DNA of 57,972 bases. Origin: Candidatus Methylarchaceae archaeon HK01M. GTDB taxonomy: Archaea; Thermoproteota; Nitrososphaeria; Nitrososphaerales; JACAEJ01. The stretch spans positions 1-57,972 of the forward strand of contig JAKLZD010000035.1 of assembly GCA_024256245.1 (NCBI GenBank). The letters are read 5' to 3'. Below are positions 28,860-38,897 of the stretch, in pieces. Numbering within the stretch: the stretch's first letter is position 1; each line of letters starts with the position of its first letter. The notes below the pieces were generated by a model that did no database searches, was not told where the DNA came from, and saw only the letters and a list, made by a program, of their open reading frames with translations. Made by a program: the position numbers and the translations under genes.

Positions 28860-29399
28860 ATGGCAGAAGAAACTACATCTAAAGCAAAAATTACAAAGAA
28901 AAAGAAAGTGAAAACTACCTCTAGAACAAAAGTTAAAGAGAAAAAAGGAGTTAAAACAAAAGCTTCTAGGGCTAGAAAAAAGAAGAAAAAGAATATGAAG
29001 GAACTTCTGAAATTAAGAAATAGTATAGATGATAAGCGCCCCATGTTTATGAGGCAGGAATCTTGGAGGTACAAGAGAATAGATAGGTCTTGGAGGAAGC
29101 CCAAAGGCATAGATAGCAGGATGCGCCGCAGACTGAAAGGTTGGCCCAAAGCAGTGAAAGTAGGTTATCGGGGACCGAAGATAACGAGGGGCATACACCC
29201 CTCAGGTTACAGAGATGTACTAGTTCATAACATAGGTGAACTCGAGGGGCTCAATCCAAAGAAAGATGCAGCAAGACTGGCTTCAACTTTAGGGGCAAAA
29301 AAGAGAGCTGAATTGATAGAAAAGGCAAAAGAGTTGGGCATAAAAGTCTTGAACCCAAGAGGTCTAAGGAAGACTAAAGTAATAGAAACCCCAGAATAA
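28860..29399 (+). CDS. rpl32e: Ribosomal protein L32e with a ~55-aa Lys-rich N-terminal extension
   Basis: The core RPMFMRQESWRYKRIDRSWRKPKGIDSRMRRRLKGWPKAVKVGYRGPKITRGIHPSGY is L32e-like. The ATG at 28860 follows the rpl6 stop. The track ORF (28818) uses an upstream alternative start. Confidence 0.85.
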   Translation: MAEETTSKAKITKKKKVKTTSRTKVKEKKGVKTKASRARKKKKKNMKELLKLRNSIDDKRPMFMRQESWRYKRIDRSWRKPKGIDSRMRRRLKGWPKAVKVGYRGPKITRGIHPSGYRDVLVHNIGELEGLNPKKDAARLASTLGAKKRAELIEKAKELGIKVLNPRGLRKTKVIETPE

Positions 29400-29509
29400 A
29401 AATTCCAAACCTGACAAGTCTTTATCAAGAAAGATTTAAGGGAGTGTAACTATTGGGAAAGTAGAGCGGGCCTCGGCTCGATAAATTGCTAGAAGAGAAT
29501 CGATGAAAA

Positions 29510-29953
29510 TTGAACTTGAGTAACAAGAAGGTGATGGCTGCAAAAGTCCTAAAGGTAGGGGTGAACAAGGTTAGGATAGACCCTGGAAATCTTGAGCGTG
29601 TAGTGGATGCCATTACCAAGGACGATATAAGAGCCCTCATCAGGGAAGGTGCGATCTGGGCTGAGCATATCAAAGGCATCTCCCGTGGTCGTACTAGAAC
29701 GAGAAGAGCTTCAAAAAAGAAGCGTGGAAGAGGCAGTGGCTCAAAGAAAGGCGCTTCTGGTGCTAGAACTCCAAAGAAAAGATTATGGGTTACAAAAGTA
29801 CGGGCTATAAGAAATCGTTTGAAGAAAGCCAGAGAGAGAGGGGATATAACAGGTGAAGTATTCAACAAGCTTTATCTACAAATAAAAGGCGGTCAGATCA
29901 AGTCGGTCAGACATCTTGAGGAGCAGATAAGTTTAATGAGTCGGAGGAGATGA
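29510..29953 (+). CDS. rpl19e: Ribosomal protein L19e
   Basis: 147 aa, including MAAKVLKVGVNKVRIDPGNLERVVDAITKDDIRALIREGAI. Confidence 0.88.
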   Translation: MNLSNKKVMAAKVLKVGVNKVRIDPGNLERVVDAITKDDIRALIREGAIWAEHIKGISRGRTRTRRASKKKRGRGSGSKKGASGARTPKKRLWVTKVRAIRNRLKKARERGDITGEVFNKLYLQIKGGQIKSVRHLEEQISLMSRRR

Positions 29954-29957
29954 GATC

Positions 29958-30551
29958 GTGTGTAGTCGCTATATATCGATCATGCGCAGAAGGCGAGAGG
30001 GAAAGACAAATTATAGAAAGAGGAAAGCTGTAATCATAAGTAAATTACCCTTTGTTTCTATCTTTATAGGTGGAAAGAACATCCTGGTTCAGATATCGTC
30101 GCCCCAAAAAGAAGGCGATCTATCTTTGGCATCAGCCCATTCAAGAGAGTTGATAAAGTTTGGATGGTTAGCTTCAAGAAGGAACATCCCCGCAGCATAC
30201 CTTACAGGTCTATTGACTGGCCTCAAAGCGAAGGGCAAGGTGGATAGGGCAGTTTTATACATAGGTTTGAAACATTTCATATATGACTCTCGAATCACAG
30301 CTGTGGCTAAAGGACTATTGGATGCAGGTGTATCAATCCCTATAGACGAGGAGGCTCTACCATCGGAAGATAGGCTTAAAGGGAAGCACATCTCGGATTA
30401 TGCCAAGAATCTATCGGAAAGTGATAAGACTCTTTATAAGGAAAGGTTTTCAGACATGATCGACAAAGGTCTTAACCCAGAATCTCTTCTAGAGCACTTC
30501 GAAGAGATTCGGAAAAAAATAATTGAAAGTTTTGAGGCGAAGAAAGCATGA
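29958..30551 (+). CDS. rpl18: Ribosomal protein L18 (L5e family)
   Basis: 197 aa with RRRREGKTNYRKRKAVIIS. Its position after rpl19e matches the conserved archaeal operon order. Confidence 0.85.
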   Translation: MCSRYISIMRRRREGKTNYRKRKAVIISKLPFVSIFIGGKNILVQISSPQKEGDLSLASAHSRELIKFGWLASRRNIPAAYLTGLLTGLKAKGKVDRAVLYIGLKHFIYDSRITAVAKGLLDAGVSIPIDEEALPSEDRLKGKHISDYAKNLSESDKTLYKERFSDMIDKGLNPESLLEHFEEIRKKIIESFEAKKA

Positions 30552-31186
30552 AGAGACAACGTAGAGAAAGTAGACAAATAATCCAAGAACCTTGGACACC
30601 CAGAACTAGATTGGGGTCCCTTGTAGCCACAGGGAAGATCACCTCATTAGAAGAGATATTTGAGAGTGGTATGAAGATCAAGGAGCCAGACATCGTCAAG
30701 ACACTATTGCCAGACTTAAAAACAAATGTGATTGGGGCGGGGATAGTTCAAAGGCAGACGGATGCAGGTGAGCAAACTAGATTTGTCGCCATAGTGGCTG
30801 TAGGGAATGAAGACGGTTGGTTTGGCGTGGGTAGAGGGAAGGCCAACCAGATGAGAATAGCGATAGAGAAGGCAACCAACGACTCTCTTTTGAACATAAT
30901 CCCAGTAAAACTGGGTTGTGGTAGTTGGGAGTGTAGATGCATGGGCCTCCATTCGATCCCCTTCAAGACTACAGGCAAATGTGGGAGTGTCAGAATAGTC
31001 ATAATCCCGGGTCCAAAAGGGCTTGGACTTGTAGCTGGAGAGAAGATCAGGATTTTACTATCTCTCGCTGGTATAAAGGACGCATGGACAAGAACCTTCG
31101 GCTCTACGAGTACCGTATCGTCTGTAGCATATGCGGTATATGACGCCTTGAATAAGATTCATAATCTGAATGTTGGGTTAAGGTGA
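30548..31186 (+). CDS. rps5: Ribosomal protein S5
   Basis: 212 aa with QRQTDAGEQTRFVAIVAVGNEDGWFGVGRGKA and an S5 C-terminal domain. Confidence 0.88.
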   Translation: MKRQRRESRQIIQEPWTPRTRLGSLVATGKITSLEEIFESGMKIKEPDIVKTLLPDLKTNVIGAGIVQRQTDAGEQTRFVAIVAVGNEDGWFGVGRGKANQMRIAIEKATNDSLLNIIPVKLGCGSWECRCMGLHSIPFKTTGKCGSVRIVIIPGPKGLGLVAGEKIRILLSLAGIKDAWTRTFGSTSTVSSVAYAVYDALNKIHNLNVGLR

Positions 31187-31190
31187 AGCT

Positions 31191-31658
31191 TTGAGCAAGA
31201 ATCTTTTAGTTGTCAGGCTTCGTGGAACTGTCAATGTTCGAGAGCCTGTAAAGAGGACTCTTGAGCAACTTCATCTGACAAAGAGATTTAGGGCAACGAT
31301 CATTCCCGATACGCCAGACTACAGAGGAATGCTAATCTCCTCTAAGGAATACGTTGCATGGTGCCCCGTGGATGCATCTCTAATCTCAAAATTGATAAAA
31401 AAGAGGGGGCGGAAGGGGGGGTGGGCGCCTTTAACTTTAAAGGATATCAAGGGATGGGGGTTTAAAGGATTTAGCGGTATGGCACGATCTATAGATGTAG
31501 GAAAGACTGCTTTGAAAGAGATTGAGGGAATGAACCCTTTTTTTGCCCTATCGCCACCTAGAGGGGGATTCAAGCGCTCAACCAGGCGCCTATACACTCA
31601 AGGAGGAATCTTGGGCGAAAATCCCGAACTTATCTCCATTGTTGGGAAGATGATCTAA
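31191..31658 (+). CDS. rpl30: Ribosomal protein L30 (L7e family)
   Basis: 155 aa with LLVVRLRGTVNVREPVKRTLEQLHLTKRFRATII, in the expected operon position. Confidence 0.85.
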   Translation: MSKNLLVVRLRGTVNVREPVKRTLEQLHLTKRFRATIIPDTPDYRGMLISSKEYVAWCPVDASLISKLIKKRGRKGGWAPLTLKDIKGWGFKGFSGMARSIDVGKTALKEIEGMNPFFALSPPRGGFKRSTRRLYTQGGILGENPELISIVGKMI

Positions 31659-31716
31659 CTTCAAGATGATTAACTTTTTAATTTGGTGAATTATTGTTTA
31701 ACAAGAGGTGTTGAAC

Positions 31717-32151
31717 ATGCCTACTCGGTTAAGAAAGACGAGGAAATTGAGGGGTTCAAGGACTTGTGGCTATGGGCGAGTAGGACAGCATAGGAAGAGC
31801 GGTAGCAGAGGAGGAAAAGGGAAGGCTGGTCTCAAAAAGCATAAGTGGACTTGGACGGTGAAGTACGCACCAGATCACTTTGGCAAGGCTGGTTTCAAAC
31901 CGCCCAAGAAGGCACCTATCAAGAGCTGGATCAATGTAGGTCAACTAGATGAGATATACGATAAACTCATGAAGGAATGTAAGATAGAACGAAAGGAAGA
32001 TAAAACCCTGATCGATCTCATCGAGTTAGGCTATGATCGGCTCCTTGGAAATGGTGAAATAAAAGGCCGTTATCACATTGTTGCTAGATCGTTCACAAAG
32101 AGCGCAAAGGATAAAATAGAGAAAGCTGGAGGGTCAATAACTACAAGGTAA
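31717..32151 (+). CDS. rpl15: Ribosomal protein L15
   Basis: MPTRLRKTRKLRGSRTCGYGRVGQHRKSGSRGGKGKAG. The ATG at 31717 is preferred over the GTG at 31708. Confidence 0.88.
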   Translation: MPTRLRKTRKLRGSRTCGYGRVGQHRKSGSRGGKGKAGLKKHKWTWTVKYAPDHFGKAGFKPPKKAPIKSWINVGQLDEIYDKLMKECKIERKEDKTLIDLIELGYDRLLGNGEIKGRYHIVARSFTKSAKDKIEKAGGSITTR

Positions 32152-32156
32152 ATAGG

Positions 32157-33596
32157 ATGAGCAGTCTTTCTGGCTTTTTAAGAGGCATCTCGACTATCAT
32201 GCCTGAGGTCCCTGCACCTCAAAGGAAACTCTCTCTAACAATGAAGTTGATCTGGACTGCCATCGCTCTAGCTGTTTACCTTATTATGGCTGAAACCCCC
32301 TTATATGGGATTACAACGGGTGGGACAGACCCGTTGGCTTACTCTAGAATCATCTTCGCATCCAACCAAGGTACTCTTATGGAGTTTGGTATAGGTCCCA
32401 TAGTGACTGCGGGATTGGTCATGCAACTCCTAAAGGGTGCAGAGATGATAAAGCTAGATTTTAAAAAGCCAGAAGATAGGGCGCTATTCACATCTGCTAC
32501 GAAACTCTTGACGATGGTCGTAATACTTGTACAGTCCTTAGGTTATATAATAGCAGGTATCTATGGCAGTCTATCTTTCACGACGATGATTATAATCGTG
32601 ATGCAACTTTTCGTTGCCAGTGTGATAGTGATGCTCTTGGACGAGCTCGTTCAGAAAGGCTGGGGCATCGGTAGTGGTATAAGCTTGTTCATCATGGCAG
32701 GAGTGGCACAGCAGATAATGTGGAGTATCTTCAACCCTCTGACTGTAAACATAGGAAGCTCAGAAGTTCCAAAGATAGTTCCCTTCGGCTTCATACCTTT
32801 CCTTATCGACGCCTTGATCAGAGGCGCTCCTTATGAGGCTATAGTGAGGGAAGGTGCTCTCCCGAGCTTGATAGGTTTCCTCATGACAATGGCGGTCATC
32901 CTCTTCCTAATTTACATCGAAGGGGTTAGGGTAGAGATTCCTATTTCATCCTCAAAATATAGAGGCTTCTCTGGCGTCTATCCCATCAAGTTGCTCTACG
33001 TATCGGTCGTTCCAGTGATCTTCGCTTCAGTATTGCTGACAGATGTGGTATTTATTTCACAATTTATCTGGACAAGTTTCAATCCAACTAATACCAATAT
33101 ATGGCTCAACTGGCTAGGGACGGGGATATTTAACGGGCCAGAGGATATAATATTTCCGACAGGGGGTTTGGTGTACTATATGTCGCCGATACAAGGCTTA
33201 AGCGCTGCTGTGGCAGACCCTTTAAGGGCTCTCTCATACGTCTTTTTTATGGTCTTGATTGTAACGATCTTCTCCAAACTTTGGGTGGCGATAGGTGGTC
33301 TAGCACCTAAGGACGTAGCAAAAAGCTTGCTCGATGCAGACGTTCATGTTCCGGGCTTTAGGAGGGCAGAAGCTTCTGTAGGAACCATTCTGGCAAGGTA
33401 CATACCTCCCATCACCATATTAGGTGGTATCGTAATCGGTCTCCTTGCTTCTTTATCCGATATCTTGGGTGTCTTTGGCTCCGGCACGGGGATACTATTA
33501 ATGATAGGTATAATCATGCAGTATTACCAGATATTGATGAAGGAGCAGCTCGAGACGATGATGCCGAGGCTTGCGGGGATATTTGAAAGAAAGTAA
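32157..33596 (+). CDS. secY: Preprotein translocase subunit SecY
   Basis: 479 aa with 10 predicted TM segments, in the conserved position after rpl15. Confidence 0.92.
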   Translation: MSSLSGFLRGISTIMPEVPAPQRKLSLTMKLIWTAIALAVYLIMAETPLYGITTGGTDPLAYSRIIFASNQGTLMEFGIGPIVTAGLVMQLLKGAEMIKLDFKKPEDRALFTSATKLLTMVVILVQSLGYIIAGIYGSLSFTTMIIIVMQLFVASVIVMLLDELVQKGWGIGSGISLFIMAGVAQQIMWSIFNPLTVNIGSSEVPKIVPFGFIPFLIDALIRGAPYEAIVREGALPSLIGFLMTMAVILFLIYIEGVRVEIPISSSKYRGFSGVYPIKLLYVSVVPVIFASVLLTDVVFISQFIWTSFNPTNTNIWLNWLGTGIFNGPEDIIFPTGGLVYYMSPIQGLSAAVADPLRALSYVFFMVLIVTIFSKLWVAIGGLAPKDVAKSLLDADVHVPGFRRAEASVGTILARYIPPITILGGIVIGLLASLSDILGVFGSGTGILLMIGIIMQYYQILMKEQLETMMPRLAGIFERK

Positions 33597-33662
33597 GTAA
33601 GGCTAAGGAAAAGATTTTTAATCGATAAAATAAGGATATACATCTAAGCTTACTCTGGTAAG

Positions 33663-34250
33663 GTGTTGCTCTTGGCTAATAAACGAGTTGTGATAATTGG
33701 TATTCCAGGGGTCGGCAAGACGACATTGGTAAACAGAGTAGTGGAACAGATCAAGAAAAAGAAGTTTACTTTAGAATCTGTTGTATTTGGCACATTGATG
33801 TTTGAGGAGGCGAAAAAACTGGACATCGAGCATAGAGATGAGATGAGAAAGTTGCCAGTAGATCAACAGCGTAAGCTTCAGATAGAAGCAGCTGAGAAGA
33901 TAGCGATGATGAAAGCTGATTATTTATTCATAGATACTCACCTTATGATAAACACTAAGGAAGGTTATTGGCCCGGTCTTCCTTTTGAAGTCTTAAAGGT
34001 CCTATCTCCGAGCAATCTTATCTTGATAGAGGCTCTGCCCCATGAGATAATTTCAAGGCGCAGAAGGGATTCTGGAAGGTGTAGAGACCTTGCTGAAGAA
34101 GAAACCATTGCTAGAGAGAAGGAGATAGCAAGAAGTATGTTGAGCACTTCAGCGATAATAAGTGGTGCTCCCCTGCTTATAGTGATGAATAAGGAGAATC
34201 AAATAGAAGAAGCTGCCAACCAGATCTTGAAAGCACTTGGTGTGATATGA
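33663..34250 (+). CDS. adkA: Adenylate kinase (archaeal AdkA type)
   Basis: 195 aa with P-loop GIPGVGKTT, in the conserved secY-adk order. Confidence 0.8.
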   Translation: MLLLANKRVVIIGIPGVGKTTLVNRVVEQIKKKKFTLESVVFGTLMFEEAKKLDIEHRDEMRKLPVDQQRKLQIEAAEKIAMMKADYLFIDTHLMINTKEGYWPGLPFEVLKVLSPSNLILIEALPHEIISRRRRDSGRCRDLAEEETIAREKEIARSMLSTSAIISGAPLLIVMNKENQIEEAANQILKALGVI

Positions 34251-34745
34251 ATGGTGGACCCAACTGCTATACCCATCTCTACTTTGTTAGTAACAGCGGT
34301 CGCTCTAACGCTGAATCTCACCTCTAACGTGGTTACCCGTCTATTTACAGATGTAGATCGAGCAAGAAGAATAAATGCTGAAGTTAAGGCTTTCAGAGAT
34401 GAACTGAAGCAAGCTACACTTACAAAAGATAAGGCTAAAGAGAGAAAACTCAGGAAGAGGGAGAAACAGATGATGGAGTTACAGATGAAAGTAACAAAGG
34501 AGAGGATGAAACCTATGCTTCTCTTTTGGGTTCCTTTCATAGCTGTCTACTATCTTCTTGCCACTTTCCTTGGTGGGTATGATGCAATTGTAGCCATATC
34601 TCCCATACCTATAGACCTTGTCATAATAAATATCGGAGTACCGATCGAAGGGGGTTACGGTTTCAGCCTTTTCTGGTGGTATTTGATCTCTTCTTTTGCC
34701 TTCAGCGCAATCGTAATGAAGCTTCTTAAAACTAGCCCCACCTAA
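34251..34745 (+). CDS. DUF106 membrane protein (Oxa1/EMC3-like archaeal insertase homolog)
   Basis: 164 aa with three TM segments and a basic coiled-coil loop (KDKAKERKLRKREKQMMELQMK). It sits between adk and cmk, the conserved position. Confidence 0.7.
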   Translation: MVDPTAIPISTLLVTAVALTLNLTSNVVTRLFTDVDRARRINAEVKAFRDELKQATLTKDKAKERKLRKREKQMMELQMKVTKERMKPMLLFWVPFIAVYYLLATFLGGYDAIVAISPIPIDLVIINIGVPIEGGYGFSLFWWYLISSFAFSAIVMKLLKTSPT

Positions 34746-34787
34746 ATAAAGAATGCTTAATAAATTCTCTGAAAGCAATTATGATAA

Positions 34788-35387
34788 ATGATAAAAAAGG
34801 AGAAGGGTCTTATAATCTGCATCTCAGGGATGGCAGGCTCTGGAAAGAGCACTTTAGCCAAAAGAATAGCTGAAAGATACGGTCTGAGCTACTTTTCAGG
34901 TGGAGATGCCTTAAAGCAATTAGCAGTAAAAAGGGGATACAAGCCAAAGGATTATGGATGGTGGGAGAGTGAGGAAGGGTTTAAGTTCTTAAAAGAAAGA
35001 AAGAAGGATGAAAGATTCGATAAAAGAATTGATGATAAGTTGCTCGAAATGGCAGATAGAGGGAATGTTGTGCTCGACAGCTGGACTATGCCTTGGCTCT
35101 TAAAAGTAGAGGCTTTAAAGATTTGGCTAAAGGTATCCTTAGAGAAAAGAGCAGAAAGAGCAGCCAAAAGGGATCAGATTGAGACTCAGAGTATCATGAG
35201 GATAATCCAAGATAAGGATGAAATAACTAGATCGATCTATGAAACCCTCTATGGATTCGATTTTGGTAGAGACCTTTCTCCCTTCGATCTCATACTCAAT
35301 ACAGACAGATTCGACCCCAAAGAAGTCTACGATATAGTCTCCAAAGTTATCGATCTTTACATTAAAAAATTACATAAAGGGGGTTAG
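34788..35387 (+). CDS. cmk: Cytidylate kinase (archaeal type)
   Basis: 199 aa with P-loop ISGMAGSGKST. Confidence 0.8.
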   Translation: MIKKEKGLIICISGMAGSGKSTLAKRIAERYGLSYFSGGDALKQLAVKRGYKPKDYGWWESEEGFKFLKERKKDERFDKRIDDKLLEMADRGNVVLDSWTMPWLLKVEALKIWLKVSLEKRAERAAKRDQIETQSIMRIIQDKDEITRSIYETLYGFDFGRDLSPFDLILNTDRFDPKEVYDIVSKVIDLYIKKLHKGG

Positions 35388-35450
35388 AAGGTATGTGCCA
35401 CGAAGGGTTTTTAGTTTAGTTTTAGATAAAGCAAGTGAGAGGGCATATCT

Positions 35451-36458
35451 TTGCATGGTTTGATCACTATAGATGAAGACTCAACATTTGAAAGTTATGG
35501 TCATGACCCTTACAAACGCCCTATAGACGCTCTCTTAGATTACGGTATCACTCTTTTGGACAAGCCTCCAGGGCCGACGAGCCATGAAGTTGTAGCATGG
35601 GTGCGAAGGATGCTGGGAGTGAAAAAGGCAGGGCACAGCGGGACTCTAGACCCTCTTGTAACGGGTCTGCTCCCTATAGGATTGGGCGAAGGGACAAAAG
35701 CTCTCTCTCTCCTTTTATTGGGACCTAAGGAGTATTATACCATTGCAAGAATTCACATCCCCATGACTGAAATTAAGCTAAAGAAAGTTCTCTCTGAATT
35801 TACAGGAGAGATCTATCAACGCCCTCCCCAAAGATCTTCCGTGAAGAGAGCCACTAGGACTCGTAAAATCTACGATCTGGATCTGATCGAGCAGAGTGGT
35901 AATCTGATTCTCTTAAGGATTCTATGCCAAGCTGGAACTTATGTGAGAAAGCTCATCTACGATATGGGGGAAGTCTTGGGTTCAGGCGCTACTATGATAG
36001 AATTGAGAAGGACGAGAGTCAGCAATCTGACTGAAGAAGACGGGTTGGTCAGGCTTCATGATCTATTGGATGGAGTTCATGAATGGAAGGAGGAAGGGGA
36101 GGAAGATAAGATAAGGCAGTTGGTAAAACCCATAGAGTTTGCCACATACTCTATGAAGACAGCAGTAATGCGTGACTCGGCCGTCGATGCCATCTGCCAT
36201 GGAGCGCAATTGGCAGTACCTGGAATATTGCAGATATCACCCAATATAGTGAAGGGGGATACCATCTGCATGTACACTTTAAAGGGTGAGTTGGTAGCGA
36301 TAGGAGAAGCCTTGATGTCAACAGAGGAGATAGTAAATGCAAGCAAAGGGTTGGCTTTTATGACAAAGCGAGTAATAATGAAGGCCGGGACCTATCCTGA
36401 TCTATGGCGTTCGAAAAAGTTATCAAGTATCGACGACCTAAAAGAACAACCCAAATAA
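35451..36458 (+). CDS. cbf5: tRNA/rRNA pseudouridine synthase Cbf5 (TruB family) with a PUA domain
   Basis: 335 aa with LDKPPGPTSHEV and the catalytic GHSGTLDPLVTG, plus a C-terminal PUA domain. Confidence 0.88.
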   Translation: MHGLITIDEDSTFESYGHDPYKRPIDALLDYGITLLDKPPGPTSHEVVAWVRRMLGVKKAGHSGTLDPLVTGLLPIGLGEGTKALSLLLLGPKEYYTIARIHIPMTEIKLKKVLSEFTGEIYQRPPQRSSVKRATRTRKIYDLDLIEQSGNLILLRILCQAGTYVRKLIYDMGEVLGSGATMIELRRTRVSNLTEEDGLVRLHDLLDGVHEWKEEGEEDKIRQLVKPIEFATYSMKTAVMRDSAVDAICHGAQLAVPGILQISPNIVKGDTICMYTLKGELVAIGEALMSTEEIVNASKGLAFMTKRVIMKAGTYPDLWRSKKLSSIDDLKEQPK

Positions 36459-36509
36459 GATCTATCAAATTTAAGTAAAATCGAGGGAGGAAATTCTTCA
36501 AATAGTTTT

Positions 36510-37712
36510 TTACCATTCCAACTTTACAGTTATCGGATAATAGGTATTTACGATAGCACATATGAATACGTATAAATATATAAAAATTCTGTAGTTATAG
36601 TGAAAAACTCTAGTAGAGATCAATTTTGACAAAATAAAGTCCATACCGTTTACCATGCCAAGGACGATAACTGGCCATAGACAAAAGGAAAATCTTTCAA
36701 CCATAACTGGCCAGATGATCGCTGTAGGAAAAAGAAACAGGGTACACATGAATAGGTCTTTTCTTCGTTTACTAAAGTATAACCCTAATGGAGTAGCTAC
36801 AGCAAAGACCAGAAGTCTGCCAACTCTGAAAAGATCCATTACTGAGATCCATTCCTGAATTCGCTCTGGGTAAGAAAGAACGTAAGCTCGTACAAAACTG
36901 ACAAGGAAAGGATAAACTCCCCAAGATTGAACATCGGATGCAAATGAGTACTTAGAAATAAATACATCTGGTCCAAAACCAAGCAAACTCAAATACAGAA
37001 CTCCACAGAACCCAATTAAAACAATCGCTGTCAAAGTCTCTTTGAACCCCTTCCTTTTCACAAACCGCCTGTAAAGCATAAACAACAATGCAAAGATCAC
37101 TACTTCCTTAAATAAGACCCCTGTACTTACAATAAATGCATCGAAAAAATACTTCTTTGATGAGACGTTGATCTGACGTTCTCTCATGAATGTAAGATAG
37201 ATTGCTAGTCCAATGAAGAAGTATGCTGCAGAATCTGTCAAGACAGCCGCTCCATGCCATAACATAGCTGGAGCCGTAACGTACACCAAAGCAACCAAGG
37301 TGGCAAGATCGTCATCCTCGAGCAACAACTTTCCGAGTTTATAAGCGACGATCGCTCCAGCTATCCAAAAGAAACCACTGACCAATCCGAAACTAAAGTT
37401 AACGTTGTTGAAGATTAGGATTAAGGGAGTGGTTAGTAAAGGAACCATGGGCCTCATAACTATCTGATACATCTGACTAACAGTTCCTTGCCTTCCGAGA
37501 AGAAATAGAGAAAAATCTATATATTGAGATGAGTCTGGGAAGATTCGCCCAAAATTAAGGACGATCTCAACTATAGATACGCACAATATTAAATATAATC
37601 GGAGATACTCCTTAGACTTTAGGTAATCAGGGATTCTATCAAGCAAAAGTCTGCGAAAAAGCGGAGTAATTCTTAATATATGATGGATGAAATCTAATGA
37701 CCTTCCTTTCAT
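36510..37712 (-). CDS. Polytopic membrane protein, possibly a GT-C/ArnT-like glycosyltransferase or glycan polymerase
   Basis: 400 aa with at least 10 hydrophobic segments, at the edge of the glycosylation island. No diagnostic motif was identified. Confidence 0.35.
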   Translation of the reverse strand: MKGRSLDFIHHILRITPLFRRLLLDRIPDYLKSKEYLRLYLILCVSIVEIVLNFGRIFPDSSQYIDFSLFLLGRQGTVSQMYQIVMRPMVPLLTTPLILIFNNVNFSFGLVSGFFWIAGAIVAYKLGKLLLEDDDLATLVALVYVTAPAMLWHGAAVLTDSAAYFFIGLAIYLTFMRERQINVSSKKYFFDAFIVSTGVLFKEVVIFALLFMLYRRFVKRKGFKETLTAIVLIGFCGVLYLSLLGFGPDVFISKYSFASDVQSWGVYPFLVSFVRAYVLSYPERIQEWISVMDLFRVGRLLVFAVATPLGLYFSKRRKDLFMCTLFLFPTAIIWPVMVERFSFCLWPVIVLGMVNGMDFILSKLISTRVFHYNYRIFIYLYVFICAIVNTYYPITVKLEW

Positions 37713-37894
37713 TTTTTTATAACCTGCTTTTATTAATCCCCTAATTCAAACTATTAACACTTGCTTGTAAAGCATTGTCCAATAAAATACTCGGCTCCAC
37801 TTAGGGTCGCCCCAATTAATAGGTATTTAAGGATTGATCGATTTTTTATATAGTTTAAGTATTTAAAAAAAGGAGGACGAATGAAGGTCAAGAG

Positions 37895-38803
37895 ATGAGA
37901 AGATTGAGAATCTTAGTTACTGGAAGCAATGGATTCATCGGTAAGATTTTATGCAAAAAACTAAAAGAGAGAGGGAATTATGTCATAGGCTTTGACATAA
38001 TTCCATCAAGTTCGAATCATACGAACATGAATTTGGTTGGTAATATCCTAAATTTGGAATCATTGCTTGATGCCACTAAAGGGGTTGATACGGTTTTCCA
38101 TCTTGCGGCAGTAGCCAACCTAAATTACGCACGTGAACATAGCATCGAAACAGTAGAAATCAATGTTACAGGAACGGCCAATGTCGCAGAAGTATGTAGA
38201 AAGTATGATATACCACTCTGTTATGCAAGCACGTGTTGCGTCTATGGCAATACTCAAACGTATCCTGCACATGAAGAAGGCCTGCTCAGACCTACTGAAA
38301 TATATGGCTGCACCAAATTAGCTGGGGAGTATATAATAAAAGGATACCATTCGCTTTATGGTTTAAAACATAATATTATGCGCTATGCAACAACTTATGG
38401 CGCGGGGATGAGAAAAGAGCTTGTAGTTTACATCTTTCTTGAGAAAGCAATAAAAGGAGAAGCATTACCAATACACGGGACAGGGAAACAGACTAGAGAT
38501 TTCATATATATTGATGATTTAATCAACGCTCAAATAAAGTTGCTTGAAAGCGGAGTCATGAACGAAACATTCAACTTTGCTGGAGATGAAGAAATAAGTG
38601 TTTTAGAAATAACTGAGATTTGTCAAGAATTGGTTGATCATAAAATTCCTCTTGTTTTTGTGGAAGACCGACCAGGACAGGTAATGCGTGAGAAGATCGA
38701 TATATCCAAAACGTGTAACCTTCTTGGATGGAAACCTCAAACTAGTTTCAAAGATGGGATGAAAAAGACATTTGAGTGGATAAAAACTGTGGTTGGTAAA
38801 TGA
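37895..38803 (+). CDS. NAD-dependent sugar-nucleotide epimerase/dehydratase (extended SDR)
   Basis: 302 aa with VTGSNGFIGKIL (GxxGxxG) and YGCTKLAGE (YxxxK). Confidence 0.8.
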   Translation: MRRLRILVTGSNGFIGKILCKKLKERGNYVIGFDIIPSSSNHTNMNLVGNILNLESLLDATKGVDTVFHLAAVANLNYAREHSIETVEINVTGTANVAEVCRKYDIPLCYASTCCVYGNTQTYPAHEEGLLRPTEIYGCTKLAGEYIIKGYHSLYGLKHNIMRYATTYGAGMRKELVVYIFLEKAIKGEALPIHGTGKQTRDFIYIDDLINAQIKLLESGVMNETFNFAGDEEISVLEITEICQELVDHKIPLVFVEDRPGQVMREKIDISKTCNLLGWKPQTSFKDGMKKTFEWIKTVVGK

Positions 38804-38897
38804 AATTAGAGGTCTTAGTTCTTTAGAAAAAAAGGAGCCCCAATCTTTTGGATATTATGAAAACTAAGCAAGGAACAAGTAACAAAGGAAATCGTTT

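Noticed and set aside
28451-29149. 232-aa minus-strand ORF antisense to rpl6/rpl32e
   Set aside because: It is Phe/Leu-rich low-complexity sequence produced by the antisense of the AAG/AAA-rich Lys extension. It overlaps two well-supported ribosomal protein genes.
29425-29868. 147-aa minus-strand ORF antisense to rpl19e
   Set aside because: It fully overlaps a strongly supported ribosomal gene and has no recognisable motif.
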